Of a stretch of DNA of 60,665 bases, positions 18,587-28,007 are shown in pieces; position 1 is the first letter of the stretch, and every line of letters begins with the position of its first letter. The notes under the pieces were generated by a model. The model searched no databases, was not told the origin of the DNA, and was given only the letters and a program-made list of their open reading frames with translations. The DNA is taken from the IMG/VR virus record IMGVR_UViG_3300042923_000927, positions 1 to 60,665 of that record; one strand, written 5' to 3'. Made by a program: the position numbers and the translations under genes. This stretch comes from a virus (taxonomy: Duplodnaviria; Caudoviricetes).

Positions 18587-18937
18587 ATGTTAGAAAAACA
18601 TGTGGTAACAAAGATACAGGATAAGATAAAGGATGCGTACCCGAATTCCATCACATTCAAGACCCATGGAGGGCCTTTCCAAATGGCGGGGTTGCCTGAT
18701 TTAGTCGGATGTATAAATGGGAGGTTTATCGGGATCGAGGTAAAGGCTCCCGGTAAAGAGCATGAGTTAAGTAGGTTACAAATGGTATTCCTCAAGAAAT
18801 TACATAAAGCCGGAGCCATTACTTTTATGTCATCCTCAGCAGATCATTCTTTAGCTCGGATCAATGATGGATTAAAAGGTAAAGAGGTGGACCCATTTGA
18901 ATTATACAATCCTAAAACAAAGAATAAGGATACTTAG
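18587..18937 (+). CDS. VRR-NUC nuclease (Holliday junction resolvase-like)
   Basis: MLEK, GLPDL, FIGIEVKAPG and SRLQ motifs. Confidence 0.9.
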   Translation: MLEKHVVTKIQDKIKDAYPNSITFKTHGGPFQMAGLPDLVGCINGRFIGIEVKAPGKEHELSRLQMVFLKKLHKAGAITFMSSSADHSLARINDGLKGKEVDPFELYNPKTKNKDT

Positions 18938-19136
18938 GAGATATGGGTATGAAAGACGCCGTAAAACGTGGTTATATCAAAAAATGTACAGGAGAAAAAG
19001 TAGGGGCAGGTTTATGGCGGAATATGATTTGCGAGCCATTTATAAATGGACCACAGATGAACTGAGGAAGGAGCTCTATTCCATCGACACAGAAGGTTCC
19101 AGTTTAATGCGGGGCAGAAAGTGGTAGAGATTCCTG

Positions 19137-19165
19137 TTTACATTCACCTCCATATCTCTTATAAT
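19137..19165 (+). promoter_or_regulatory. Cassette promoter
   Basis: TTTACA-N17-TATAAT. Confidence 0.8.
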
Positions 19166-19190
19166 AAGGATATAACCAATTCGGGAGGTA

Positions 19191-19898
19191 ATGAAAATGA
19201 AAACTACTCAACTGTATGCATATGCAAAGCAATACGCTCAACAATACTGGGGCCTGACTTTTAATCTCCGCATCGTAGAAAATGGCCGCCTCGGGCGGGC
19301 TCGGGCACGATTCGTACGCCGGGCTGGTGAACAATACATCGATTTCAATCCAGAAATCCTGAAGCATGATTCGGAAGAAAATATCCTGATGACGTTGAAA
19401 CACGAAGTATGCCACTGGGCGGTATATAATACGAAGGGTCATCCATACCACAAAGACGGTCATCCATTCTTCGAATCGGAATTGGTTCGCATCGGGTCAC
19501 ATTCGACCGGAACGGTTGGAGCAACCGGAAATTACTACCATATATCCTGTTCAAAATGTGGTAGAGAAATGCCAATCAGCACAAGAGAATCAGTAGCCCG
19601 CAGAAGGTTAGGTTCCCAATATACCACTAAATGCTGTAAGGCCCCGACAGCATGGGTCGGATTGAAAACCATATCCCGCAAACAGGAAGAACCTAAAACG
19701 GCTGTAGCGGCCAACGTAGCGGCTATCCCGGCTCCTGTATCCGGAACCATGACCGCATCTGATGTGGCTGCAATGTTCAAACTCGATCCAAAAGTATTCC
19801 GTAAAAAGCTCCGCAATGCCGGGTATAAAAAGGAAGGATCGGGATGGACCTTCACCCAAGAAATGATAAAAGAAATAAAATCGAAATTGGGCCTATAA
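19191..19898 (+). CDS. SprT-like metalloprotease with zinc ribbon and C-terminal HTH-like domain
   Basis: NGRL.RA.ARF, LKHEVCH, CSKC...KCC; C-terminal MTASDVAAMFKLDPKVFRKKLR. Confidence 0.85.
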   Translation: MKMKTTQLYAYAKQYAQQYWGLTFNLRIVENGRLGRARARFVRRAGEQYIDFNPEILKHDSEENILMTLKHEVCHWAVYNTKGHPYHKDGHPFFESELVRIGSHSTGTVGATGNYYHISCSKCGREMPISTRESVARRRLGSQYTTKCCKAPTAWVGLKTISRKQEEPKTAVAANVAAIPAPVSGTMTASDVAAMFKLDPKVFRKKLRNAGYKKEGSGWTFTQEMIKEIKSKLGL

Positions 19899-19916
19899 TG
19901 GTCCTTTTTCTTTGTG
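19890..19916 (+). terminator. Terminator overlapping the stop codon
   Basis: GGGCC-TATAAT-GGTCC-TTTTTCTTTGTG. Confidence 0.7.
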
Positions 19917-19982
19917 ATATTACGCCATGGTGGTGCATATAATGGACTATAACCACAAACAAACATTAGGAGGAATTAACCA

Positions 19983-20399
19983 ATGGAAAACGTAGAGGTT
20001 CAAGAACAGGCGGTAACGAATGAGGTAACACCCGTACAACCAACGGAGGTAAGGACGGTATTGCTAAAGGATGTAGCAAAGCAGGTCGGCATGGATGACA
20101 AGAAGCTTCGGAGATTCCTCCGGGAAAAGAAGTTTCAGAAACCTGCTCGTCAATGGTTCTGGCCTGAGGGATCGGCCGATCTAGCAACCATCCTGGAGAA
20201 TGCCAAGAAATGGGAGAAAGAGGAAAACGATGCTAAAGCACCGAAACCCTCTGAAGCCCCAACGCCACAGGATGCCGCTGCATCCATCCCAACGGAAGCG
20301 GAACAGGAAACATCGGATGACCCATCCGAAACTCCTGAGCAACATAATGAAGGGATGGAGATGGGGCAAGAAACTATGGTAGCCGATCCGACTGAATAA
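19983..20399 (+). CDS. HTH-like domain protein with acidic disordered tail
   Basis: LLKDVAKQVGMDDKKLRRFLREKKFQKPARQWFW; AGGAGG RBS. Confidence 0.75.
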   Translation: MENVEVQEQAVTNEVTPVQPTEVRTVLLKDVAKQVGMDDKKLRRFLREKKFQKPARQWFWPEGSADLATILENAKKWEKEENDAKAPKPSEAPTPQDAAASIPTEAEQETSDDPSETPEQHNEGMEMGQETMVADPTE

Positions 20400-20427
20400 A
20401 CCCGCCATTCATGGAATCGGGAAAACT

Positions 20428-20453
20428 GGGAGCTTCTCTACGGCTCCCTTTTT
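20428..20453 (+). terminator. Rho-independent terminator
   Basis: GGGAGC-loop-GCTCCC-TTTTT. Confidence 0.75.
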
Positions 20454-20483
20454 CATGGGCAAAAAGAAATTTTGATTTGGGGG

Positions 20484-20512
20484 TATACAAAGCACTCAAT
20501 CAGTCTTATAAT
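20484..20512 (+). promoter_or_regulatory. Cassette promoter
   Basis: TATACA-N17-TATAAT. Confidence 0.75.
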
Positions 20513-20550
20513 AAGGATATAAACCAAAACACGGAAAGAAGGAATGTAAA

Positions 20551-21018
20551 ATGACAACTGCAAAATTCGTATGGGTGAAAGAAAAGGCAATAGAAATCCT
20601 GAAAGATGCTAAAATGGTGGAACTGAAGGAACTGGCCAAAACTGAAGGATGGGCAGAATTCTGGAATAACCTGAAAGATTCTATGGACGGTAAAGACCTA
20701 TCCCGGAAAATATCATTCATCGGGGTCACAAAGGCGGAACTGGTCGAATACATCGCTAACACCCAACAATTGAAATTCAACAACTCCCAAAAGGAGAAGG
20801 AACTAGCTGCTGAGCAAACCTCATCCCAACCGAAGGAAGATTCGGATGAAGAGGAATCCATCATCACACTGAAGGAAGTCGCATCCATGCTCGGAACAAA
20901 CGAGAAAGCCCTCCGCCGGAAGCTCCGTAACAAAGGAATGAAAAAGCCCGGAGGTCGCTGGGAATGGCAACCGGAAGATTCCCAATTGAAAGAAATCATG
21001 ACATGGAAAGAGGCTTAG
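20551..21018 (+). CDS. Hypothetical protein with C-terminal HTH-like domain
   Basis: ITLKEVASMLGTNEKALRRKLRNKGMKKPGGRWEW. Confidence 0.8.
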   Translation: MTTAKFVWVKEKAIEILKDAKMVELKELAKTEGWAEFWNNLKDSMDGKDLSRKISFIGVTKAELVEYIANTQQLKFNNSQKEKELAAEQTSSQPKEDSDEEESIITLKEVASMLGTNEKALRRKLRNKGMKKPGGRWEWQPEDSQLKEIMTWKEA

Positions 21019-21051
21019 GCCTTTTTCTTTGTAAATCTTTTGCATTCACCG

Positions 21052-21080
21052 TTTACATCTTGTGTGTTTTCTCTTATAAT
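21052..21080 (+). promoter_or_regulatory. Cassette promoter
   Basis: TTTACA-N17-TATAAT. Confidence 0.8.
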
Positions 21081-21117
21081 TAATCTATCAAATAAAACAT
21101 GAAAGAAGGAAACGACA

Positions 21118-21624
21118 ATGATTAAATTAACCGCAATGGAGATTAAACTGGTAAACGCTATGAGGGACAACGAATACAACGATGCAATCGAAGGAGCAAC
21201 ATGGACGTTCACGGCAATCGACAACTCCGGAATTCCTGCAAAACAAGCACGAGGAGTAATTTCCTCCCTGGTACAAAAAGGACTGGTAACGGCCGAAGTT
21301 GGGAATAAGAATATCGGGGATGAGGATAACATCGCATTCACAAACGCTGGAGTCGCCCTTTTCGATAATGCTGATGGTGAAGAATGCCAATGGGGAGGAC
21401 CTCGTCTTCTGAAAGAAATCGAAATGGGAGAAAAAGAAGTAAAGGTAACCGCACCTACCAAAATCGAAACGGTAGAAACGGTATCGGAAATCACAGTAAA
21501 AGATCTGGCTGCCATCATGGGAATCGACGAAAAAGCGGTACGCCGGAAACTTCGCAAAGCTGGACTGAAACGGGACGGAAGAACATGGAGCATCACAAAA
21601 ACTGAAATGGAGGGCCTGAAATAG
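21118..21624 (+). CDS. Winged-helix-like N-terminus plus C-terminal HTH-like domain
   Basis: ARGVISSLVQKGLV (wHTH); ITVKDLAAIMGIDEKAVRRKLRKAGLKRDGRTW. Confidence 0.75.
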   Translation: MIKLTAMEIKLVNAMRDNEYNDAIEGATWTFTAIDNSGIPAKQARGVISSLVQKGLVTAEVGNKNIGDEDNIAFTNAGVALFDNADGEECQWGGPRLLKEIEMGEKEVKVTAPTKIETVETVSEITVKDLAAIMGIDEKAVRRKLRKAGLKRDGRTWSITKTEMEGLK

Positions 21625-21641
21625 GCCTTCTTTTCTTTGTG
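21611..21641 (+). terminator. Terminator overlapping the stop codon
   Basis: GGCCT-GAAAT-AGGCC-TTCTTTTCTTTGTG. Confidence 0.75.
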
Positions 21642-21648
21642 ATTTATG

Positions 21649-21677
21649 TTTACAATCACACATTCTTCTCTTATAAT
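21649..21677 (+). promoter_or_regulatory. Cassette promoter
   Basis: TTTACA-N17-TATAAT. Confidence 0.8.
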
Positions 21678-21710
21678 AGACATATAACCAATTAAACGGA
21701 GGCGGTAACG

Positions 21711-22523
21711 ATGGCAAAGATCGAAGAAGGGACTACGGTATTATTTGAAAAGAACGGTAAACCATGGCAGAAGGTATGGCAAAAATGCTGGGGCGGATGC
21801 CGGGGAACTGGTTACATTTCATACTACGCCCATTACGCACAAGGAGTATGCTTCAAATGCGAAGGAGTTGGAGGACGCTGGAAGGAATCACGGGTACTGA
21901 ATGAAAAGGAACAAGCAAAACGGGATGCTGCTAAAGCACGAAAGGAAGCCCGGAAAGAATCTGAGATGGCTCAACGCATCGAAGCTGATAACCAAAAGGA
22001 CATCGAAAAAATGGGCTTCGAAAACGGATCAATCCATGTGGTAATCGGAGTTAATACTTTCGACATCAAAGAGGAACTGAAGGAGAAAGGAGCACAGTTC
22101 AACGGCTTCGGATGGTACTTCAAAATCCCAACGGACGGGTATCAAACGGTGGAAATCAAATTCGAAGAAGTATTCTTCAAGAATGAGAATGGAAAGCTGA
22201 TCATCACTCCTACTCCCATGGAAATGAAACGCATGGTTAAAGATCGCACCCCTAAAACAACCGAATCTCAGTACATCGGAACCATCGGAGAGAAAATCGA
22301 AATCGACATCACGGTTAAAAGAATATTCGGATTCGAATCTAAATTCGGATACAAAAAGGTGATCATCATGGAGGATGCCGATGGAAACGTCTTTAAATAT
22401 GTTACTCAATCATGCTACCTCCAAGAGGGAGAAACAGTAAAACTAGTAGGAACAGTAAAGGATCACACAGAATATGATGACGTAAAACAAACAGTTATCA
22501 CCAGATGCAAAGCTAAGGCCTAA
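21711..22523 (+). CDS. Zinc-finger plus OB-fold protein
   Basis: CWGGCRGTG...CFKCEGVG; C-terminal SQYIGTIGEK...GTVKDHTEY..KQTVITR. Confidence 0.7.
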   Translation: MAKIEEGTTVLFEKNGKPWQKVWQKCWGGCRGTGYISYYAHYAQGVCFKCEGVGGRWKESRVLNEKEQAKRDAAKARKEARKESEMAQRIEADNQKDIEKMGFENGSIHVVIGVNTFDIKEELKEKGAQFNGFGWYFKIPTDGYQTVEIKFEEVFFKNENGKLIITPTPMEMKRMVKDRTPKTTESQYIGTIGEKIEIDITVKRIFGFESKFGYKKVIIMEDADGNVFKYVTQSCYLQEGETVKLVGTVKDHTEYDDVKQTVITRCKAKA

Positions 22524-22540
22524 TGGCCTTTTTCTTTGTG
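22516..22540 (+). terminator. Terminator overlapping the stop codon
   Basis: AGGCC-TAAT-GGCCT-TTTTCTTTGTG. Confidence 0.75.
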
Positions 22541-22573
22541 TGAATTATCTTTGCATATATGCGGAAGTTTCTA

Positions 22574-22602
22574 TTTACATGTCAACAAAATTCTTGTATA
22601 AT
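22574..22602 (+). promoter_or_regulatory. SigA-like promoter
   Basis: TTTACA-N17-TATAAT. Confidence 0.75.
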
Positions 22603-22633
22603 TTAATTAATCCAATAAAAGGAGGAGAGGAAG

Positions 22634-24418
22634 ATACGACCTCCGATAAAGGTTACCTTTTATAAGCATCAGGGAATAGCATACAAAAAAGGTAGGAAGC
22701 TTCCATGCATGGCACTGCTAATGGATCCTGGAACGGGTAAAACCATAACAGCTGTGGCGATCGTGGGCTACCGATTCCTTAAGAGGCAGGTTAAGAAGGT
22801 ACTGGTAGTTGCTCCGAAGTCGGTGGTTCCGGTATGGGGTGGTAGGAAGAATGAATTTAAAAAATTCGCCGATTACCCATTCCAGACTGTTGAATTAAAG
22901 AAAGGAAGGAGGAAGCCCCTACAGTTCCCGTCTGAACCTGGGAAAGCACTGGTCGCAGTAACTACATATCAGTCTGCTTGGAGGATGGCGAAGAACATAA
23001 TCAAATGGAAGCCGGACATGGTTATACTCGATGAGAGTCATAACATAAAGAATGGTCGATCCATACAAGCCAGATTTCTACACAAGCTTTCAAGGAACGT
23101 CCAATACAAACTGATATTGACTGGCACTCCGGTATCGGAATCTCCATTGGATTTCCATTCACAGTATGTATTTCTCGATCCAACTATCTTCGGCCACAAT
23201 TTCGGGAAATTCCGCAGTAAGTATGCTATCATGGGCGGATTCATGAGGAAGCAGGTCAAACGGTATAAGAACCTGAAGGACCTATCAAGAAAAGCCCATA
23301 CGATTGCATATCGGGTCAGAAAAGAAGACTGTACGGATCTGCCACCTGTTACCACATTATTCAAATACTGTGAATTAACCGAGAAGGCCAAATCACTCTA
23401 TAATGAAATGAAAAAGGAATTTGTTATAGAGATTGGCCAAAAAGAGATTTCGGCTCCATTGGTCATTTCTCAGATGCAGAAACTTCAGCAAATCGCTGGT
23501 GGATTCGTAAAGGATGAAGATGGTGACATCCATGAAATAGGTAAAGACAAACTGAACCTTTTGAAGGAAACCATCGAAGAGTCAAAAGGTAAGAAACTGG
23601 TTATCTTCGCCCGATATGTACCCGAAATAGAAGCAATCCAAAAACTATGCACTAAAATGAAAATGGAGACCATATTGCTTTATGGAAAGTCCAAAAATCG
23701 GGAAGCAATCGTAGAGAAGTTCCAGGATGGTAAGCTGGATGCAATCATAGTCCAAATTAAAACTGGAGGAGTCGGCATCACATTAACAGCGGCCGATATG
23801 ACGATCATCTACTCTTCCACATTTTCTAATCTCGATTACGAACAAGCACTGGCTCGAACGGATCGTATCGGGCAAACTAAACCGACTACGGTGGTCCATC
23901 TGGCATGTGAGAACACCATCGATGAGGAAATATTCGAAGCATTGGTATCGAAGAGAAACCTGGCCGAACTAGTGATCGATAAATACAATCCAAACGGAGG
24001 AAAAGATATGAAAGGTAAATTTGTTAACGAACATCCAGAAGTGGTAGAGAAATTGGAGGAACTGAAGCAAGCAATTGAATCGGGAAGAAAAGTCAACCCA
24101 GATCCGGCCCGCATTCCCAATGTTGATGACGATAGCCCTTTATCATTGGTTCTATTAAGAGGAGGAGTTGAAGTCATGAGAGTCGGGGAATTCAAAGAGG
24201 AGAAAGCGAAGGAAGGCAAATCCAAGAAGGAAAAGAAAGAGAAACGTCCGGAAATCATCGGTGAAATCGTAACCATTAAGGATTTGGCGGACGAGCTTAA
24301 GATGGAACCAACCGACCTCCGTAAACGGCTTCGCGGCTCCGATTTGGAGAAACCATCAGGACGTTGGGAATGGCCTATAGACCACAAAGATTTGGCGGTG
24401 ATTAGAAAATGGAAATAA
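22634..24418 (+). CDS. SNF2-family helicase with C-terminal HTH-like domain
   Basis: MDPGTGKT, ILDESH, LTGTP, GGVGITL and QALARTDRIGQ; first ATG at 22709, probable ATA start at 22634. Confidence 0.9.
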   Translation: MRPPIKVTFYKHQGIAYKKGRKLPCMALLMDPGTGKTITAVAIVGYRFLKRQVKKVLVVAPKSVVPVWGGRKNEFKKFADYPFQTVELKKGRRKPLQFPSEPGKALVAVTTYQSAWRMAKNIIKWKPDMVILDESHNIKNGRSIQARFLHKLSRNVQYKLILTGTPVSESPLDFHSQYVFLDPTIFGHNFGKFRSKYAIMGGFMRKQVKRYKNLKDLSRKAHTIAYRVRKEDCTDLPPVTTLFKYCELTEKAKSLYNEMKKEFVIEIGQKEISAPLVISQMQKLQQIAGGFVKDEDGDIHEIGKDKLNLLKETIEESKGKKLVIFARYVPEIEAIQKLCTKMKMETILLYGKSKNREAIVEKFQDGKLDAIIVQIKTGGVGITLTAADMTIIYSSTFSNLDYEQALARTDRIGQTKPTTVVHLACENTIDEEIFEALVSKRNLAELVIDKYNPNGGKDMKGKFVNEHPEVVEKLEELKQAIESGRKVNPDPARIPNVDDDSPLSLVLLRGGVEVMRVGEFKEEKAKEGKSKKEKKEKRPEIIGEIVTIKDLADELKMEPTDLRKRLRGSDLEKPSGRWEWPIDHKDLAVIRKWK

Positions 24419-24792
24419 ACATCGGAGAGATTTTCCAGCATGAAGGAAGTAAAAGGGTCATAGAGATAGTGGCCATATCAATAGTCAAAGGAGATACTAT
24501 GGTATGGGTCAATGATTCGGTATTCGGGAAAACTCGTTATCTTTACATGGATTTGGAACGCATCCTTCAAGGTTATGTGAAGAAAGTGGTAAGCCCGAAA
24601 TTCAAGAGAGGGACGGTTTTCTCTGATGGAAGAAATGGAGGGAGATATATCCGAGTATTAGAAATATCCCCCGATGTTGATGATAAAGGTCAGTACAGTT
24701 ACTTTATACGGAGTAATTGGAATGATGGACGAATCAATTTCTCGGCGGTTCAAGAAAAATACTTAGTCGAATATGCTCGTATGGAACATTAA
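24409..24792 (+). CDS. Hypothetical protein (two SH3-like beta repeats)
   Basis: IGEIFQH.. and FKRGTVFSD.. halves; overlaps the helicase stop. Confidence 0.6.
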   Translation: MEINIGEIFQHEGSKRVIEIVAISIVKGDTMVWVNDSVFGKTRYLYMDLERILQGYVKKVVSPKFKRGTVFSDGRNGGRYIRVLEISPDVDDKGQYSYFIRSNWNDGRINFSAVQEKYLVEYARMEH

Positions 24793-24810
24793 CAAAAAGA
24801 AGGAGGTCGA

Positions 24811-27312
24811 TTATGACCTCTTTTTCTTTGCGGGTCTTTCATCTTCTTCATCGAGGTATATCATTCTCTGTCTTTCCTGGATGTACTGCAATACCTCATC
24901 AATATTCCTACCATACCTCTTCGAATGTTCCACAGTCAAGTTTGAGTTATCCATGGTTTCAAATCGTTTTCCAACTAGGTCAGGAGCTTTGGTCATAAAT
25001 GGGGCTTCGTATCTCCCGTTGGGACCTAACCAGCATGATATAAAGTTGAACCTCTCAGTTGATGACATAGCTTGCGATGGTAAGAAAGTGGGTAACAGAT
25101 ACTCCTCCAAATCCTCATATACATTGATGTTGGAGTTTTTGAATATATGCCAGTTAACCGATGATGACATGATGATGTTGTGGAGCTCTTTCAGTTCCTT
25201 CGATACATCCGGATTATGATACAGGAATAATGGAGCCATCCGGTATTTGGGACCTTCCAGCAACATCCGTTTGCAGAAGTGAATCATACCCTTTGTTAAG
25301 AATTGATGAGGCTCATTCATTACCAGAAACGTTCCCGGGCTTTGACCGTCCATTGAAATGCCCGATAGGAATGTGAGCATCGTAATCCAGTAAGTTATGG
25401 TCTTAACCGCCATCTCTCCTAGTTTTCTTGACGGTATCCGGAATATGACTACCTTTCCTTCGGACATCCATTTTCCAAGATTCACATCAGGGTTAGCCAT
25501 TTGCCCGAAGATTGGCTTCAGGAATTCATCTCCTAGTAACTCTCCGATGCGTACCAATATCGGGCTGCTAATGGCTGCTTGGCGTCCCTCATTATTATGG
25601 TAATGTTCCAGCAAGAGGGTATCCCAACCCTTTTCCTGCAATTCCCGTATTTTCTCGGATCGGAACTTTTTCGACAGGCACATGAGCTTTATGCCGACTA
25701 AATCTCCTCCTACGGCTTTTGAGAATTCTCGTAGATATTCCCGAGTTTGATGGTTATCGACATCATCGCCCATTAGAAAGTTGGTTAGGTATTGAGAGAT
25801 TAGATTCCCGCCCATGCGGTCGCTTCCCATGTCATTGGTCAGCGAGTCGAGTCCGAGGTAGACAGGCCAATCGAAGTCCCCGAGATTTATGTCGATTATG
25901 TGGTCAGGGGGTATATGATCTCGTAGGGCGTCCGACATCCCGCGATGACCATTCCGTTCATCTATGACATCGGGAACCACAGCTCCTAACCCATGTTTTA
26001 TGTGGCCTTCTACTATGAAGTTTATCGCATCTTGGTCTTTTCCCATGCGAGGAGACCCAATAAAGACCCTCGGAGTGTATGCCATGTCTTTGTCTTTCAT
26101 TGGCCAATGTACCCGATACTCCTTCCCTTTTACGGATGATGTGCCCATGAAGATTCCTGACTCATCTGCGAATACGTCAGGTATTTCAACCTCGATTCTT
26201 TGGTTGGATACTAGCGTCTCTCGGAATTCATATTGCAACTCCTTCGTCGGCAGCTGTTGGAGTTTTGCAACCTCTTCCACAGACATGATGTTCGGATCCA
26301 AATCCTTTACTCTCCAATGGGATAGTTCCTCTATTTCCTCTCGTGATTTGATATTGACTTTTACAGCTCTCAACCTGTTATCCCCAACCATCTCCGAATA
26401 TGACGTTTCCACCGTCCGTGCCAGAACTTCCCTCCGAACTGGGTGAGGAGAAGTTACTGTAAACCGGATCGCCGTTTTAAAGGATGGTAGATTTCGTTTA
26501 TGCCGAGTACGGTCAGATAAATCACCATTAACCAGTAACTGAGCTCTCTCCGGATCGACTGGGCGTTTAAGGGATGAATCAGGGACGGTAGCGGGTACTC
26601 CATGAAAGAACAGAGCCCGTTCCATCCCGGTCATTACCTCCCCCAGTATTTTCTTCGCCTCCCACATGAATGACTGGCCTAAACTGAATACCGCCTTTAC
26701 GATCCGGGATGGATCCAACTCCGACCTGTAAAGCATCCCCCCTTTATCCCAGTTCTCCCATGCATACTCTACGAGTTTCTTCCATTTGAATCGGTCCACA
26801 GCTTCGGTTCGTATAAAGATTGATATTGCCTCTCCATCCCGTAGCTCATTCGATAGCGACATGACATCTCTGATTGGCGTTGTATGCTCTTGAAAGTTCA
26901 TTTTCAATGAGAACATATTGTGTCGCTCATACTTCATCTTATACAGGTCTGTATCGTCTCTGATGAGCTCTGGGTACTCGGTCTCCTCAATGGTGCATCT
27001 CTTCCATTGTTCGAAATTCTTTATCTTGATTTTGAATGACTCGATGAAGTCTTCCGGCATGGTCACATAGAATTCGATGACCTTTCCTCTCTCATCATCG
27101 TTCGTCATTCGGATTGACCACCATAGGTTCGGGTTCTCCCTCAAAATAACCTGCATACCATTTCTGTGCTGCCATGGGTATCGGGGAAACTTGGCCGACA
27201 GCATTTCATAAAGCGACGTTTGTAGTTTCTTCGTAGATGAGTTTAAAACGGAATGATGGGGAACTATTTTCATGGTCTTATATGGAACATTTAATCTCTG
27301 AATAATACTCAT
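24811..27312 (-). CDS. VirD4/VirB4-like (HerA-FtsK superfamily) ATPase
   Basis: Degenerate Walker A FIGSPRMGKD and Walker B LVMNEPHQF; GGAGG RBS before MSIIQR. Confidence 0.65.
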   Translation of the reverse strand: MSIIQRLNVPYKTMKIVPHHSVLNSSTKKLQTSLYEMLSAKFPRYPWQHRNGMQVILRENPNLWWSIRMTNDDERGKVIEFYVTMPEDFIESFKIKIKNFEQWKRCTIEETEYPELIRDDTDLYKMKYERHNMFSLKMNFQEHTTPIRDVMSLSNELRDGEAISIFIRTEAVDRFKWKKLVEYAWENWDKGGMLYRSELDPSRIVKAVFSLGQSFMWEAKKILGEVMTGMERALFFHGVPATVPDSSLKRPVDPERAQLLVNGDLSDRTRHKRNLPSFKTAIRFTVTSPHPVRREVLARTVETSYSEMVGDNRLRAVKVNIKSREEIEELSHWRVKDLDPNIMSVEEVAKLQQLPTKELQYEFRETLVSNQRIEVEIPDVFADESGIFMGTSSVKGKEYRVHWPMKDKDMAYTPRVFIGSPRMGKDQDAINFIVEGHIKHGLGAVVPDVIDERNGHRGMSDALRDHIPPDHIIDINLGDFDWPVYLGLDSLTNDMGSDRMGGNLISQYLTNFLMGDDVDNHQTREYLREFSKAVGGDLVGIKLMCLSKKFRSEKIRELQEKGWDTLLLEHYHNNEGRQAAISSPILVRIGELLGDEFLKPIFGQMANPDVNLGKWMSEGKVVIFRIPSRKLGEMAVKTITYWITMLTFLSGISMDGQSPGTFLVMNEPHQFLTKGMIHFCKRMLLEGPKYRMAPLFLYHNPDVSKELKELHNIIMSSSVNWHIFKNSNINVYEDLEEYLLPTFLPSQAMSSTERFNFISCWLGPNGRYEAPFMTKAPDLVGKRFETMDNSNLTVEHSKRYGRNIDEVLQYIQERQRMIYLDEEDERPAKKKRS

Positions 27313-27998
27313 ATTATCAACCTCCATATGGCTCCGAGGAAGAATACGGTGAAGAGTCTTCCCAGCCATTTACCTCCAAACTGTCCGATCATTGGCCCAA
27401 TCATAACTCCTATGGCGCATATATCAACTGCCAGAATGATGATCTCTATTGAGTAACTGTTTATCACATCGATGAAGTATCCGAATCCATCTCCTACCAC
27501 TTTACCTGTTGGCTTTACCACCCACTCCATTTCTTTGTGGATGAATCCATCGGCGAACCTATTAACCTTTTCCATGAAACTCGGGTTATCTACCGCCCAG
27601 GTTTTGATGGTATCCACATACTCGGTAGGATCGACATATTGGCCGGATGAGTTCTTCATGGCAAGATGTAGATGTGGACCAGTTGAGTGCCCGGTATTAC
27701 CACTGTCACCCAGTTTCTGACCCATGGTAACATATTGATTGGCTTTTACCTTTACCTCTGATAGATGTCCGAATATGACCTCCTTTTCTTTACCACCTAT
27801 TTTCATGAATACTGCCTTACCTAAACCTCCCGTATCAATTACCTTCGATATGATGCCATTGGAGGGGCTTAAGATGTCGGTCCCAATTGGCATTGCGATG
27901 TCGACTCCGGTATGCGGTGTCACATGAACTGAGTCGATTGATCCGAATTGGGATGTGATCGTGTACACCGGACTACCGCTGATCTTTACGAGCATCAT
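27309..27998 (-). CDS. M23 peptidase with C-terminal TM helices
   Basis: HTGVD, GHLS and GNTGHSTGPHLH motifs. Confidence 0.9.
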   Translation of the reverse strand: MMLVKISGSPVYTITSQFGSIDSVHVTPHTGVDIAMPIGTDILSPSNGIISKVIDTGGLGKAVFMKIGGKEKEVIFGHLSEVKVKANQYVTMGQKLGDSGNTGHSTGPHLHLAMKNSSGQYVDPTEYVDTIKTWAVDNPSFMEKVNRFADGFIHKEMEWVVKPTGKVVGDGFGYFIDVINSYSIEIIILAVDICAIGVMIGPMIGQFGGKWLGRLFTVFFLGAIWRLII

Positions 27999-28007
27999 AA
28001 TCCCTCC

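Noticed and set aside
23836-24441. 201-aa minus-strand ORF, and similar antisense ORFs over 17.4-21.7 kb
   Set aside because: Ser/Phe-rich mirror translations of Glu/Lys-rich plus-strand genes
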